NCBI GenBank assembly: GCA_038214375.1
Contig: JBBQRX010000007.1
Location: forward strand, 15,717 to 79,716
From: Candidatus Limnocylindrales bacterium
GTDB taxonomy: Bacteria > Chloroflexota > Limnocylindria > Limnocylindrales > CSP1-4
Length of the DNA stretch: 64,000 bases
Reading direction: 5' to 3'
Positions within the stretch are counted from its first letter, which is position 1; every line of letters starts with the position of its first letter. The position numbers and the translations under genes are program-made. Shown here piece by piece: positions 29,016 through 39,683 of the stretch. The notes beneath the pieces were generated by a model. It searched no databases. It saw nothing but the letters and a program-made list of their open reading frames with translations, and was not told the DNA's origin.

Positions 29016-30245
29016 ATGCCACGTGACCTTGCCCGCCCCCTCCGGGACGCCTGGATCGTCGACGCCGTCCGGACGCCCATCGGGCGCTACGGCGGAGCGC
29101 TGGCCTCCGTGCGCCCCGACGACCTGGCTGCGCTCGTCATCCGCGCGAGCGTGGACCGGACGGGCGTCGACCCCGCGAGCATCGAGGATGTCATCCTGGG
29201 CTGCGCCAACCAGGCCGGCGAGGACAATCGCAACGTGGCGCGCATGGCGCTGCTGGTCGCGGGGCTCCCGGTGGAGACCGCGGGCCTGACCGTCAACCGC
29301 CTGTGTGGCTCCGGCCTGCAGGCGATCAACTCCGCGGCCCACGCCATCGCCGTCGGGGATGGCGATCTCTTCATCGCCGGCGGCGTGGAATCCATGAGCC
29401 GAGCCCCGTACGTGATGCTGAAACCCGAGTCCGCCTTCGAGCGCGGCACTCACGACCTCGTGGACTCGACGCTCGGCTGGCGCTTCGTGAACCCGCGCCT
29501 CCACGCGACCTACCCGGCGATCAGCCTCGGCGAGACGGCGGAGTGCGTGGCGGACGACTGGTCGGTCTCGCGCGAGCGCCAGGACGCGTTCGCGTTGGCC
29601 AGCCAGCAGCGCGCCGCGGCAGCCATCGCCGCGGGCCGGTTCGACGGGCAGCTGGTCCCGGTGACGATCCCGCAGCGGAAGGGCGACGCGATCGTCGTCG
29701 CGCGCGACGAGCACCCGCGTGCCGACACCACGGCCGAGGCGCTCGCGCGGCTGCGGCCGGCATTCCGGGAAGGCGGCAGCGTCACGGCCGGTAACGCGTC
29801 AGGGATCAACGACGGGGCGTCCGCGCTCCTGCTTGTCGGGGCGGAGCGCGGACGGTCGCTCGGTCTCCGTCCCCTCGCCCGCATCGTCGCCACCGCAGTC
29901 GCCGGCGTGGATCCGCGGGTTATGGGCATCGGCCCGGTGCCGGCGGTGCGCAAGGTGCTCGAGCGAGCGGGCCTGACCGTCGCCGACATCGACCTCGTCG
30001 AGCTCAACGAGGCCTTCGCGTCGCAGTCCGTCGCGTGCATCGACGAGCTCGGACTCGATCCAGCCCGCGTCAATGTCAACGGCGGCGCGATCGCGCTCGG
30101 CCACCCGCTGGGCGCGTCGGGCGCACGGCTGGTCACGATGCTCGTCCACGAGCTGGTCCGGACAGGCGGCCGCTACGGGCTCGCTGCGATGTGCATCGGC
30201 GTCGGCCAGGGGATCGCGACCGTCGTGGAGCGTATCGATGCCTGA
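29016..30245 (+). CDS. acetyl-CoA C-acetyltransferase (thiolase)
   Basis: Thiolase signatures ([11 protein letters not shown] active Cys, [32 protein letters not shown]). Confidence 0.9.
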   Translation: MPRDLARPLRDAWIVDAVRTPIGRYGGALASVRPDDLAALVIRASVDRTGVDPASIEDVILGCANQAGEDNRNVARMALLVAGLPVETAGLTVNRLCGSGLQAINSAAHAIAVGDGDLFIAGGVESMSRAPYVMLKPESAFERGTHDLVDSTLGWRFVNPRLHATYPAISLGETAECVADDWSVSRERQDAFALASQQRAAAAIAAGRFDGQLVPVTIPQRKGDAIVVARDEHPRADTTAEALARLRPAFREGGSVTAGNASGINDGASALLLVGAERGRSLGLRPLARIVATAVAGVDPRVMGIGPVPAVRKVLERAGLTVADIDLVELNEAFASQSVACIDELGLDPARVNVNGGAIALGHPLGASGARLVTMLVHELVRTGGRYGLAAMCIGVGQGIATVVERIDA

Positions 30246-31137
30246 CGGCGAGGAGATCGCGCAGCCGGACCCGCTGCCGATCGCCGTCGCGCAGGGCTCT
30301 CGCGGGCAGCGTGTCGCGGGCGTGGCCGGGCGATTCCGGATGGCCTCGATGGTCGCCGCCCACGCAGCTCTCGCCCCGATCTACCGCGCCTACACGTCCC
30401 GGCTCCGCGCGGTGGTGCTGGCCCGGCCGGTGCCGGAGCACGTCGCGCTGATCATGGATGGCAACCGCCGCTGGGCCCGCCAGGCCGGGAGCGGAACGGG
30501 AGCCGGGCACCGCCACGGCGCGAACAAGGCGATCGAGCTGCTCGACTGGTGCAGCGATCTCGGGATCCGCGAGGTCACCCTGTGGGCGCTCTCGCTGGAG
30601 AACCTCGACCGGGCGCCCGAAGAGGTCGAGCTGATCACCGAGATCGCCCGCCAGACGCTCACGGCGCTCTCCGAGCGCGACAAGGTCAAGCGGCTGCAGA
30701 TGAGCCTCCGGGTGATCGGCCGGCGAGAGCTCCTCCCCGACCGGCTCCGCGAGGCCGCCGAGCGCGGCGAGGCCGAGACGAAGGGCCGGCCCGGGCTTCG
30801 CGTCACGCTCGCGCTGGGCTACTCGGGGCGCGACGAGCTGGTCGAGGCAGCGCGGAGCACGATCCGGACGCTGGTGGCGGAGGGCGTCACGCCCGAGGGC
30901 CTCCCGGACGCGCTCACCGCCGAGCAGCTGGAGGCGCATCTCTACACGCGCGGGTCGAGCGATCCGGACCTCATCATCCGCACGTCGGGCGAGGTCCGGC
31001 TCTCCGGCTTCCTGCCGTGGCAGAGCGCCTACAGCGAGTTCTACTTCTGCGAGGCGTACTGGCCGGCCTTCCGCGAGCTCGACTTCCTGCGCGCCATCCG
31101 GACCTACCAGCTACGCGGGCGCCGGTTCGGTCGCTGA
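30238..31137 (+). CDS. uppS: isoprenyl transferase (cis-prenyltransferase, UPP synthase family)
   Basis: ATG overlaps thiolase stop; [14 protein letters not shown] and [23 protein letters not shown] motifs. Confidence 0.85.
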   Translation: MPDGEEIAQPDPLPIAVAQGSRGQRVAGVAGRFRMASMVAAHAALAPIYRAYTSRLRAVVLARPVPEHVALIMDGNRRWARQAGSGTGAGHRHGANKAIELLDWCSDLGIREVTLWALSLENLDRAPEEVELITEIARQTLTALSERDKVKRLQMSLRVIGRRELLPDRLREAAERGEAETKGRPGLRVTLALGYSGRDELVEAARSTIRTLVAEGVTPEGLPDALTAEQLEAHLYTRGSSDPDLIIRTSGEVRLSGFLPWQSAYSEFYFCEAYWPAFRELDFLRAIRTYQLRGRRFGR

Positions 31138-31252
31138 CGGGCGCGTGCAGGATCGGCCGCGGAATCGACCCCGATGGGCTGCGTCTCGCACGTGCCCGAC
31201 GCGCCTCCGGCGCCGGCTCCACCTCCGGTGCTGCTGATTTCCGCGCCGTGCT

Positions 31253-31281
31253 TGTCGAAAATCGCGGAAACGCCTAGGCTT
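31253..31281 (+). promoter_or_regulatory. candidate sigma-70-like promoter upstream of the IscA/ErpA gene
   Basis: TTGTCG - 17 nt - TAGGCT about 50 nt upstream of the GGAGGA RBS and ATG 31332; by eye only. Confidence 0.25.
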
Positions 31282-31331
31282 TCCGTGCCGGTTTCTCCGC
31301 ACCCCCTTCGTCCCAAGGAGGACGCTTCCGA

Positions 31332-31712
31332 ATGATCGACAGCGGCTCGACCATCCTCAGCCTCAGTGACGTCGCCGCGGGCAAGCTCCGCGAGATCACC
31401 TCTGGCGAGGCCAACCCGAATGTCGGGCTTCGCGTCTACGTGTACTCGGGCGGCTGCTCCGGCTTCCGATACGGGATGATGATCGAGGACGCCCCGACCG
31501 CCGAGGACCAGGTCCTCGAGTCGCAGGGCATCAAGGTCTACGTCGACACGAAGAGCCTCGACCTGCTCACCGGCTCGCAGATCGACTACGTGGACACGCT
31601 GATGGGCGCCGGTTTCACGGTCAACAACCCGAACGCGGTCGCCGCCTGCGGCTGCGGCTCGTCGTTCCGGACCGCCGAGTCCGAGGGTGCCCCGGGGGCC
31701 TGCCACCACTGA
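31332..31712 (+). CDS. erpA: iron-sulfur cluster insertion protein (HesB/IscA/ErpA family)
   Basis: GGAGGA RBS; SGGCSGFRYGM and C-terminal CGCGSSF Cys triad. Confidence 0.85.
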   Translation: MIDSGSTILSLSDVAAGKLREITSGEANPNVGLRVYVYSGGCSGFRYGMMIEDAPTAEDQVLESQGIKVYVDTKSLDLLTGSQIDYVDTLMGAGFTVNNPNAVAACGCGSSFRTAESEGAPGACHH

Positions 31713-31720
31713 TCGTTCGC

Positions 31721-31742
31721 CCGGACCCGAGCCGGGTCCGCG
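31721..31742 (+). terminator. GC-rich hairpin immediately after erpA-like stop
   Basis: CCGGACCCG-agc-CGGGTCCG perfect stem; followed by a second similar hairpin; about 390 bp non-coding gap follows. Confidence 0.35.
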
Positions 31743-32135
31743 TGCCGGGTCCGAGCCGGGGGCCGCGTGCGACGTAGGCGGCCTGGCATAGCCGGGCCGG
31801 TGTGCACCGGGTGGGCACTGCGACCGCCGGCGATCCGGCCGGGGTCGGTTCTGCGTCGCGGGTGATACCACGCGACCGCCGATCGGTCGCTTCGCTCACC
31901 CAGTGAACGATCCCATCGCCAACGGGGGTCCCGCCGGTCGCAGTGCGCAAGCTGTGCACGAGCCTTGGCAGGCGAGGCCCGCCGGCGCTGGCAGCCCGCG
32001 CCCCCAGGATCCCACAGGGACCCGGAGCCCAGACACCGCAGCCCGAGCGCCCTTGACGCTCCGTTCCTGCGCCCGTAGGGTCGCGCTCGAACGCACGTGC
32101 GCCGCCGGCGCCCGACGTCGGAGCCCGAGGTCCAG

Positions 32136-32810
32136 GTGAGCTTCCTGCAGAAGGCGAAGGGGAAGGCGTCCGAGGTGGCGCGGGAGGCGGCCGACGCCTC
32201 GACCCGCGCGGCGGGAGCCGTCTCGGCACGGGCCCACGATCCCGAGACGCACGAGAAGCTCAAGGGCGGGCTCGCGACTGCTGGCAGGACCGCCGCCGAT
32301 GCGACGGCCAGAGCCGCGGACGCGTCGGCGAAGGCGGCCGGTGCAGCGGTCGCCAGGGCCCAGGACCCGGCGACCCAGGCGCGGGTGAAGAGCGGCATTG
32401 CCTCCGCTGGCCGCGGCGCCCGGACGATGGTCGAGCGGATCGACCCGGGGATCCTGGCCGAGGTCGTGATCAAGGCGACCGCCCTTCAGGAACGCGCGAA
32501 CGCTCGCCTCCGTGCGAAGGGCTCGATCTACCGAATCGGCGAGATCCAGGTGACGGCCTCGTTGCCACCCGGCATCTCGTTCTCGATCGAGCGGATCGGC
32601 GACGCCGATCATGACGCGGCACCCGGCGTTCGCAGGCTGAGCTCCACCGATCTCCTCGCGGCTGAACGGGCAGCAGGCGCCGACGGCATCGTCTCGCTCG
32701 ACATGCACGAGCAGGCGGCGATCGTCGAGGGGCTCGACGACGCGGAGGCATCGATGCACGCCACGGTCGAGGTCCTCGAGGGCGCCACGCCGACCGCGCC
32801 GGAAAGTTGA
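32136..32810 (+). CDS. hypothetical protein with internal Ala-rich about 38-aa tandem repeats
   Basis: GTG start; repeats RAAGAVSARAHDPETHEKLKGGLATAGRTAADATA / KAAGAAVARAQDPATQARVKSGIASAGRGA. Confidence 0.5.
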   Translation: MSFLQKAKGKASEVAREAADASTRAAGAVSARAHDPETHEKLKGGLATAGRTAADATARAADASAKAAGAAVARAQDPATQARVKSGIASAGRGARTMVERIDPGILAEVVIKATALQERANARLRAKGSIYRIGEIQVTASLPPGISFSIERIGDADHDAAPGVRRLSSTDLLAAERAAGADGIVSLDMHEQAAIVEGLDDAEASMHATVEVLEGATPTAPES

Positions 32811-32936
32811 CGCGCCTCGGTCCCCGGATGGACCCGCGTGGATCGACACGTTGTTCGCCCGCGGCTTCCTCGCCGGTCGCGGTGCTACTGCTCCGCGCAC
32901 GCGTGATAGACTGGTCGTAGACCAGTCGGAGGCGAG

Positions 32937-33176
32937 ATGCGGCGCGTCGGTTCATACGAGGCCAAGACCCACCTTCCGCGTCTCCTCGATGAGGTGTCGC
33001 GCGGGGAGATCATCACGATCACGAAGCATGGGGTTCCCGTCGCGGTGCTCTCCCCACCGGTCGAGAGCGGGATGGCCGGGGTGCCCGAGGTGGCCGCCGG
33101 GTTGCGCGCCTTCAGGAATGGGCATTCCCTTGGGGGCCTGCCGATCCGGGAACTGATCGACGAGGGCCGACGCTGA
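32937..33176 (+). CDS. type II toxin-antitoxin system antitoxin (Phd/YefM-type)
   Basis: 79 aa; YEAKTHLPRLLDEVSRGEIITITKHGVPVAVL typical of Phd/YefM antitoxins; stop overlaps toxin start. Confidence 0.8.
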   Translation: MRRVGSYEAKTHLPRLLDEVSRGEIITITKHGVPVAVLSPPVESGMAGVPEVAAGLRAFRNGHSLGGLPIRELIDEGRR

Positions 33177-33583
33177 TGTTCGTGGTCGATGCGTCGGTCA
33201 CGCTTGCCTGGTGCTTCGAGGACGAGGCGAGCGGTGACGGGGACGCGGTCCTGGCTCGCCTCGAACGCGAGTCTGCGGTCGCGCCGGCGCACTGGCCCCT
33301 CGAGGTCGCCAACGCGCTGCGCACAGCCGAACGGCGCGGCCGTCTCGACGGGACCGATCTACCCCGGCTGCGGGCGCTCCTCGGCGCGCTCCCGATCGAG
33401 ATTGCGCCGCTCGAGCTGTCGACGGCGATCGGCGGCGTCCTGGAGGCCGCCCGAACGTACGAACTCAGCGCCTACGACGCCGCGTACCTCCACCTCGCAG
33501 CCGTGCGGGCGCTGCCGCTGGCCACCGTGGATGCTCGCCTGCGGGCCGCGTGCACTCGAGCCGGCGTCGAAGTGCTCGGTTGA
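33176..33583 (+). CDS. vapC: type II toxin-antitoxin system VapC family toxin (PIN domain)
   Basis: MFVVDASVTLAWCFEDE ... YDAAYLHLA: PIN-domain acidic residues in the expected places; 1-nt stop/start overlap with antitoxin. Confidence 0.85.
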   Translation: MFVVDASVTLAWCFEDEASGDGDAVLARLERESAVAPAHWPLEVANALRTAERRGRLDGTDLPRLRALLGALPIEIAPLELSTAIGGVLEAARTYELSAYDAAYLHLAAVRALPLATVDARLRAACTRAGVEVLG

Positions 33584-33622
33584 TCTGTCGGCGCGCCGGT
33601 CGCTGATCGTTCGGGGCGACCC

Positions 33623-34390
33623 TCAGCGCGCCTCGAAGGAGCGTTTCGAGAGGCCGTAGAAGTAGCCTTCGATGGTGAAGTCGGGCGAATCGTCGGGCTT
33701 CGCGACCGCACCGAGCGTCACGAAGATCGGCGCGAAATGCTCGACGGTCGGGTGCGCATAGGGCATGCCGGGCGCCTTCTCGCGGAACGCGAAGAGCGTG
33801 TCGAGATCGCCCCGGTTGAGCGCCTCGGTCGCCCACTGGTCGAAGTCGATCGACCACTGCGGCGCGCCCGGCTTGCCCAGGAAGTAGTCGTGGACGAACG
33901 GAAGGCCATGGGTCAGGAACCCGCTGCCCACGATCAGGACGCCCTCGTCTCGCAGCGGCGCGAGGCGTCGCCCGACCTCGAAGAGGTGGCGTGGGTCGAG
34001 GTCCGGCATCGACATCTGGAGGACCGGGATGTCAGCTCCCGGGTACATCGCCTTGAGGGGCACCCAGGCGCCGTGATCGAGCCCGCGCGTCTCGCGATCC
34101 AGGACAGGCTCGCTTGCGGGCATAAGCGCCTTCACCCGTGCGGCAAGGTCCGGCGCGCCGGGCGCGTCGTACGTCATCCGGTAGTAGTGCTCGGGGAAGC
34201 CATAGAAGTCGTACACCAGCGGCGCCCGATGCGTGGCGCTCAGCGCGATCGGCGCGGTCTGCCAGTGGGCGCTGACGATGAGGATGGCGCTCGGCCGGGG
34301 GAGCGCTGCGCCCCATGCCCCGAGCTCGCCCATCCACTCCTCGTCCTCGAGAAGCGGCGGGGCGCCGTGGCCAAGGTAGATCGCCGGCAT
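33623..34390 (-). CDS. 4,5-DOPA dioxygenase extradiol-like protein (YgiD family class III extradiol dioxygenase)
   Basis: PAIYLGHGAP ... SAHW ... HGLP motifs; start placed at MPAIY because the 48 aa upstream of it are Arg/Pro-rich and non-protein-like. Confidence 0.8.
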   Translation of the reverse strand: MPAIYLGHGAPPLLEDEEWMGELGAWGAALPRPSAILIVSAHWQTAPIALSATHRAPLVYDFYGFPEHYYRMTYDAPGAPDLAARVKALMPASEPVLDRETRGLDHGAWVPLKAMYPGADIPVLQMSMPDLDPRHLFEVGRRLAPLRDEGVLIVGSGFLTHGLPFVHDYFLGKPGAPQWSIDFDQWATEALNRGDLDTLFAFREKAPGMPYAHPTVEHFAPIFVTLGAVAKPDDSPDFTIEGYFYGLSKRSFEAR

Positions 34391-34782
34391 GGGTCGAGCT
34401 GCGGCTGTGCCGGATGCGGTGACGGCGGTCCGCCCGGTCGCAGGATCGCCCGCTGCCGAGTTCGTCGGATCCTGGCTGGGTTGCATGCAGGCCATTCTGG
34501 ACTCGACCGCTCTGCGGTGCGCCGGCCGGCGCACCCACGTCGCTCGCTCGTCACGCGTTCGTCTCCCCGGGCAGAGGGACGCCGGACCTGGTCGAACGCG
34601 CGGGGTGGCGCTTCGCGGGCGGGTCGAAGTCGAGCCGGACGAGCAGGCGCGGGAGCCCGGCGCTCAGGCACCAGCAGCCGCGATCCCCGTCGTCACCCAG
34701 CAACGCATCACGTCCGGCCAGCGATCCGGGGTCGCCAGATGGACGTCGATGGCAGGCGCGCGTCTCACAAAAACCGCTCGCG

Positions 34783-35748
34783 TCAGGCGTCAGGCCAGAG
34801 ATCCGTGCTCAGGTACTTGAGCCCGGAGTCCGCAAGGACGACCGCCACCGTGCCGCCGACGTGGGCTTCCCCGAGAAGCCGAAGGGCAGCAGCGACCACC
34901 GCGCCCGATGAGAACCCAGCGAAGATGCCCTCCTCGTGCGCCAGTCGTCGTGCGACATCGATCGCCTCGGCATCGCTCACGGCGAGGTAGCCATCGACGG
35001 CGATCCCGTCAAGGAGGGGCAGGTCGGTCATCGAGTATCCACCGCCCTGGATCCGGTGGTTCGCGTTCACGACCGGCTCCCCAGCAAGCACGGCCGCGTC
35101 GCGCGGCTCAACGATGTAACCGGCGATTGCTGCGCGACGCCGCTTCAGGGTGCCGGCGATCCCTGCGTACGTCCCGCCCGTGCCCAGGAATTCACAGAAG
35201 GCATCGATCTCGCCGTTCGTCTGTGACCAGAGCTCAGAGGCGGTCTGCTCGTGGGCGCGCGCGGCCGACGGATTGGCGAACTGGTCTGCCCGAAACGCGT
35301 GTAGCTCGTCCGTCAGCTCCTGCGCACGGAGCTTGACGAGTGCGAGGTCGGCGCCGCTCACCTGCCCGCCGATGGAACCCTCGGCCTGCGGTACGAGCAC
35401 CACCTTCGCGCCCAGGGCCCGCATCATTCGAGCGCGCTCCCGGCTGTTGCCCTCCGACATGACAGCCACGAACGGATGACCGCGGACGGCGCAGACGATG
35501 GCGAGACCAGTGCCCGTGTTCCCGCTCGTCAGCTCGACGACGGTCTGGCCGGGTCGAAGCCGGCCGGTCCCGATTGCGTCGTCCACGATCTGGCGTGCGA
35601 TGCGGTCCTTCTTGGAGAACCCCGGGTTCAGGTACTCGAGCTTGGCGACGATCCGGCCTGAGAGAGACCCGGTGAGTCGAGCGAGCTCGACGGCCGGCGT
35701 CTCGCCGATCGCGTCCACGACCGACGGGAGAACGCTCTGGCTCCGCAT
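34783..35748 (-). CDS. cysK: cysteine synthase family protein (PLP-dependent)
   Basis: LNPGFSKKDR PLP-Lys motif, TSGNTG, GTGGT. Confidence 0.85.
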   Translation of the reverse strand: MRSQSVLPSVVDAIGETPAVELARLTGSLSGRIVAKLEYLNPGFSKKDRIARQIVDDAIGTGRLRPGQTVVELTSGNTGTGLAIVCAVRGHPFVAVMSEGNSRERARMMRALGAKVVLVPQAEGSIGGQVSGADLALVKLRAQELTDELHAFRADQFANPSAARAHEQTASELWSQTNGEIDAFCEFLGTGGTYAGIAGTLKRRRAAIAGYIVEPRDAAVLAGEPVVNANHRIQGGGYSMTDLPLLDGIAVDGYLAVSDAEAIDVARRLAHEEGIFAGFSSGAVVAAALRLLGEAHVGGTVAVVLADSGLKYLSTDLWPDA

Positions 35749-35954
35749 TCGCAGCCTGCCTATTGCCCGGTCCCGTTCATGGTCGAGCCCTCCGCCGAGT
35801 CGAGATCCTCACGCGTGATCGCCGCACGTGAAGTCTCCATGGAATGCGGGAGTTTCGTACAGGGAACCGCGGCCGGTGGTGTCCCGAAAGGCCCGCAGGA
35901 GCTTGTGCGCCCTCACGCCGGATCGGTCGCGCGAAATCGGCCCACAGCGGCATC

Positions 35955-36559
35955 CTATTCGCTGAAACGCTCTTCCTTCCACGGATCGGCGTCGTTGTTG
36001 TAGCCGTAGCGCTCCCAGAAGCCGCGGATGTCGTGGTCCAGGAACTCCAGGCCGCGGATCCACTTGGCGCTCTTCCAGAAGTAGCGCTTCGGCACCACGA
36101 GGCGCAGCGGGTAGCCGTGCTCGGGGTCGAGCGGCTTGCCCTCGTAGCGGTCCGCGAGGAGGACGTCCGCGTCGTCGAGGATCTCGAGCGGCATGTTGGT
36201 GGTGTAGCCCTGCTCGCAGTGCGCGAGCACGTGCGTCGCCTCGGGCCGGACCTGGGCGAGCTCCAGGATGGTTCGGATCGGCACGCCCTCCCAGGATGTG
36301 TCGAGCTTCGACCAGCGCGTCACGCAGTGGATGTCGGCGGTGACCTCCGAGCGCGGCAGCGCCTGGAACTGCTCCCAGGTGAACGTGAGCGGCGCACCGA
36401 CCAGCCCATAGACGCGGAGATCCCAGGTCGCGAGGTCCGCCTTCGGGACGCTGCCGTAGTGGAGGACGGGGAACTTCTCGGTCAGGTATTGCCCCGGCGG
36501 GATTCGCTCGGCGGTCCCAGGATCCTGTCCGCGCGCGCCAAAGAGTCGGTCGAACATGG
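35955..36559 (-). CDS. sulfite oxidase-like molybdopterin-dependent oxidoreductase (YedY/MsrP-like catalytic subunit)
   Basis: HCVTRWS motif (Mo-ligating Cys); GGAGAAC RBS 4 nt before ATG 36559; the longer ORF N-terminus is Arg-rich junk. Confidence 0.8.
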
Positions 36560-36664
36560 GGTTCTCCGTGTGGGTTGTGGCATTCTCGCCGATCGTCGGG
36601 GCGCGGTCCATCGTGGCCCTGACCGAATCGTCCACGCGGGCCCGCAAGTCGTTACGCTTCGCGC

Positions 36665-37465
36665 ATGCAGGAGCAGGATCGGCCGCCCGGGGATGCCGCC
36701 GCTCGCGAGGCGATGGCCGGCCACCGGATCGTGATCGTGATGCCCGCCTACAACGCGGCCCGGACACTGAGACGGACGTACGCCGACATCCCCCATGACC
36801 TGGTCGAGCGGATCATCCTCGTCGACGACGTCAGTCGCGACGAGACGGTCGACATCGCGAAGCAGCTTGGCCTGGACGTGATCGTCCACCGCCAGAACCG
36901 GGGCTACGGCGGCAACCAGAAGACCTGCTACGACGCGGCCCTGGAGCTGGGTGCCGAGGTCGTGATCATGCTGCACCCCGACTACCAGTACGACGCGACC
37001 CGGATCCCCGCGCTCGTCGAGCCGATCCTGCGCGGAGACGCGGACCTCATGCTGGGCAGTCGCTTCCTGGGCGATCCGCGGGGGGGCGGGATGCCGACCT
37101 GGAAGTTCATCTCGAACCGATTCCTGACGGCCCTCGAGAACTTTGCGTTCGGCCTGCGGCTCTCCGAGTACCACACCGGCTTCCGGGCCTACTCACGGCG
37201 CCTGCTCGAGACGATCCCGTATCACCGCAACTCCGACGACTTCGTGTTCGACCAGGAGCTGGTCGCCCAGGTCGTCGCGGCGGGCGGGTTCCGGATCGGC
37301 GAGATCGCGGTCCCGACGCGCTACTTCGAGGAGGCGAGTTCTGTCGGCGTCAGGCGCAGCGTGGTCTACGGGCTGTCAACGCTCCGGGTCGTCGCCCGGT
37401 TCGTGCTCCACCGTGTCCGCGTTCGGCCTTCCCCGAAGCTGACGCCGCGCGCGCCGCGCGACTGA
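36665..37465 (+). CDS. glycosyltransferase family 2 (polyprenol-phosphate glycosyltransferase-like)
   Basis: [22 protein letters not shown] motifs of GT2 / dolichol-P-mannose synthase-like enzymes. Confidence 0.85.
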   Translation: MQEQDRPPGDAAAREAMAGHRIVIVMPAYNAARTLRRTYADIPHDLVERIILVDDVSRDETVDIAKQLGLDVIVHRQNRGYGGNQKTCYDAALELGAEVVIMLHPDYQYDATRIPALVEPILRGDADLMLGSRFLGDPRGGGMPTWKFISNRFLTALENFAFGLRLSEYHTGFRAYSRRLLETIPYHRNSDDFVFDQELVAQVVAAGGFRIGEIAVPTRYFEEASSVGVRRSVVYGLSTLRVVARFVLHRVRVRPSPKLTPRAPRD

Positions 37466-37496
37466 ACCGACCCGGCGAACCAGGAGTCGCGGGCGC

Positions 37497-38501
37497 ATGC
37501 GCCGATCGCTGATTCGCGGCGGGATAGGGATCGCGATCTCGGTCGTGGCGCTGTCGCTGGTCGTCCGCCAGATGGACGCGGCCGCCGTCGGGCGGGTGCT
37601 CGGGAACGCCACCCCCGCGTGGGTGCTCGCCGTCGCTCTGTTCATCGCCATCGACGTGGCGTGCCGGACGGTCCGCTGGCAGGGCCTCTTGGCCCCCATC
37701 CAGCCCGTCCGGTTCGTGCCCGTGCTCGGCTATCTCCTCGTCGGCTACCTCGCCAACAACGTCCTGCCGGCCCGCCTTAGCGAGCTTGTGCGAAGCCACT
37801 ACCTGGGCGACCGCGAGGGGATGAGCCGCGCCACGACGCTCGGCACGATCGTCGTCGAACGCGTCGTGGACACGGCGGTCCTCGTGGCGATCGCGTCGGC
37901 GGCGATCCTCCTGCTCCACGTCCGGGGCATCGTGGCGAGCGCCGTGCTGGTGGGCGTCGGCCTGACCGGCCTGCTCGTGGTGGCTCTCGCGGTCGCGCTC
38001 GTGGCGCATCGCCTGCCCTTCGCCGACCGGGCCGTCGCGGCTGTCGGGCGATGGCCCACCGTGATCCGCCTCGCCGGCCGGCTCCGCGGCGGGCTTGCGG
38101 TTGCCGGGCGGCCCTCGACCGTGGCGGTCGCGGTCGCCTGGAGCGTTGTCGCCTGGAGCGCCACCGTCATCGCGTTTGCGGCCGCGGGCCAGGCCGTGGG
38201 CGTGGAGCTGACCTGGGGACAGGCCGCCCTCCTGGCCGCCGGCGTCTCGCTCGCGACCGCGATCCCTGCGGGACCCGGCTATCTCGGCACGTTCGAGCTG
38301 GCCGCGGTCCAGGTCGCGGCCGTCTTCGGCGTCGGCGCGGACCCCGCGGTCGCGCTGGCCGTCCTGGTCCACGTGGTCATCCTCGTCCTGACGTCGCTGG
38401 GCGGTGCCGTCGCGTTGCTTCGCCTCGGATGGCGCCGGAGGCCGGCCGGGCAAGGGTCCGCCGGGTCAGGGTCGGCCGCCGAACGGCCCGCCGTCCGGTA
38501 G
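37497..38501 (+). CDS. lysylphosphatidylglycerol synthase TM-region-like flippase family membrane protein (UPF0104)
   Basis: 8 TM segments, YLANNVLPARLSELVRSHYL motif characteristic of the MprF-flippase/UPF0104 family; follows GT2 gene. Confidence 0.75.
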   Translation: MRRSLIRGGIGIAISVVALSLVVRQMDAAAVGRVLGNATPAWVLAVALFIAIDVACRTVRWQGLLAPIQPVRFVPVLGYLLVGYLANNVLPARLSELVRSHYLGDREGMSRATTLGTIVVERVVDTAVLVAIASAAILLLHVRGIVASAVLVGVGLTGLLVVALAVALVAHRLPFADRAVAAVGRWPTVIRLAGRLRGGLAVAGRPSTVAVAVAWSVVAWSATVIAFAAAGQAVGVELTWGQAALLAAGVSLATAIPAGPGYLGTFELAAVQVAAVFGVGADPAVALAVLVHVVILVLTSLGGAVALLRLGWRRRPAGQGSAGSGSAAERPAVR

Positions 38502-38598
38502 GGCGGGATCGCCGACCGGAGTGCCGGCCGGCCGGCGCAGAATCGCCGAGCCCGCCGTTGCCGGCGGGCTCGGACGTTCAACCGGCAGGGCCGGACCG

Positions 38599-39570
38599 CT
38601 ACTTGAGGAGGCCCGCCGACTGCAGCCAGGCTTTCGCCACGACGGCGATGTCCTTCTTGTCGACGGTGATCTGCTTGCCCAGATCGGTCAGGGCGGGCGT
38701 GTCCATCTTCGCGGACACGTCGTTGAGGATCTTCTCGAACGAGGTCTTGTCCACCTTGGCGAGGAGATCGTTCCGCACGAGCGGGGCGATGTTGTCGGCC
38801 GGCTGCGTCTGCTTGTCGTCCGCGAGCAGGACGAAACCGTTGACGGCGATGTCGGGCTGGGTCGAGCAGAGCTCGGCGACGTCGATCGTCTTGTTGAGGA
38901 GCGCCTGGGCCATCGGCGTGTCGCAGGCGGCCAGCGGGGTGATGTTCTTCGGGTCGAGCCCGTAGGCTGACTTGAGGGCGGCAGCGCAGACGGCGTTCGT
39001 CTTGCAGTCGGTCGCGAGGCCCCACTTCAGCTTGTCCTGGACCGCGGTGGTGTCGCTCAGCTTCGCGAGGTTGTACTGGGTCGCGGTCTCCTTGCGGACC
39101 ACGAACGCGTTCTGGTCTGCGGCCGGCGAATAGGCCAGCACGGTGATCCCGCCGCCCTTGGACGCCAGGGCGGCCTGGAGGGCCGTCGCGTTTGCGGCTG
39201 CGTCGCCGGTCTGCTTGCCCGGCTCGTAGAACGCGAGCCCGCTCCCGATGTACTCCGGCTTGAGGTCGATCTGGCCGCTTTCGAGCGCGGGGGCGGAGAC
39301 CTTGCGGGCCCCGATCCCGATTCCCGTTCGATCGACCGTGTAGCCGCCGGCCTCCAGGGCCTGCGCGTAGATCTCCGCCATCACCTTGGCTTCATAGAAG
39401 CCATCGGATCCGATCTTGACGGTCGGTTTCGGGCCCGTGCTTGCTGCCGGGCCAGCTGAAGCTGGACCTGCCGAACCCTGAGAAGGATTGCTGCTGCCCC
39501 CACCCGTCGAGCAGGCGCTCAAAAGCACCATTGCCGACGCCCCGAGGGCGAGCGCGCGGGTGAACCGCAT
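38599..39570 (-). CDS. glycine betaine-type ABC transporter substrate-binding lipoprotein
   Basis: Lipobox LLSAC; OpuAC-like fold; last gene of a 5-gene minus-strand operon. Confidence 0.8.
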   Translation of the reverse strand: MRFTRALALGASAMVLLSACSTGGGSSNPSQGSAGPASAGPAASTGPKPTVKIGSDGFYEAKVMAEIYAQALEAGGYTVDRTGIGIGARKVSAPALESGQIDLKPEYIGSGLAFYEPGKQTGDAAANATALQAALASKGGGITVLAYSPAADQNAFVVRKETATQYNLAKLSDTTAVQDKLKWGLATDCKTNAVCAAALKSAYGLDPKNITPLAACDTPMAQALLNKTIDVAELCSTQPDIAVNGFVLLADDKQTQPADNIAPLVRNDLLAKVDKTSFEKILNDVSAKMDTPALTDLGKQITVDKKDIAVVAKAWLQSAGLLK

Positions 39571-39683
39571 GGGTCGCCTCCTTGCTGTGCCCCGTGTCCG
39601 CCTGGCAGGCTGCATCGGGTGATGCGGATGATATCGGCCGTTGCCCGACCGCCTTCATTTCCGTCTCAGCAGTCGGCCTGTCG

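Noticed and set aside
34389-34820. 143-aa plus-strand ORF in the cysK/ygiD intergenic region
   Set aside because: Translation is Arg/Ala/Gly-rich without hydrophobic core pattern; more likely non-coding leader sequence
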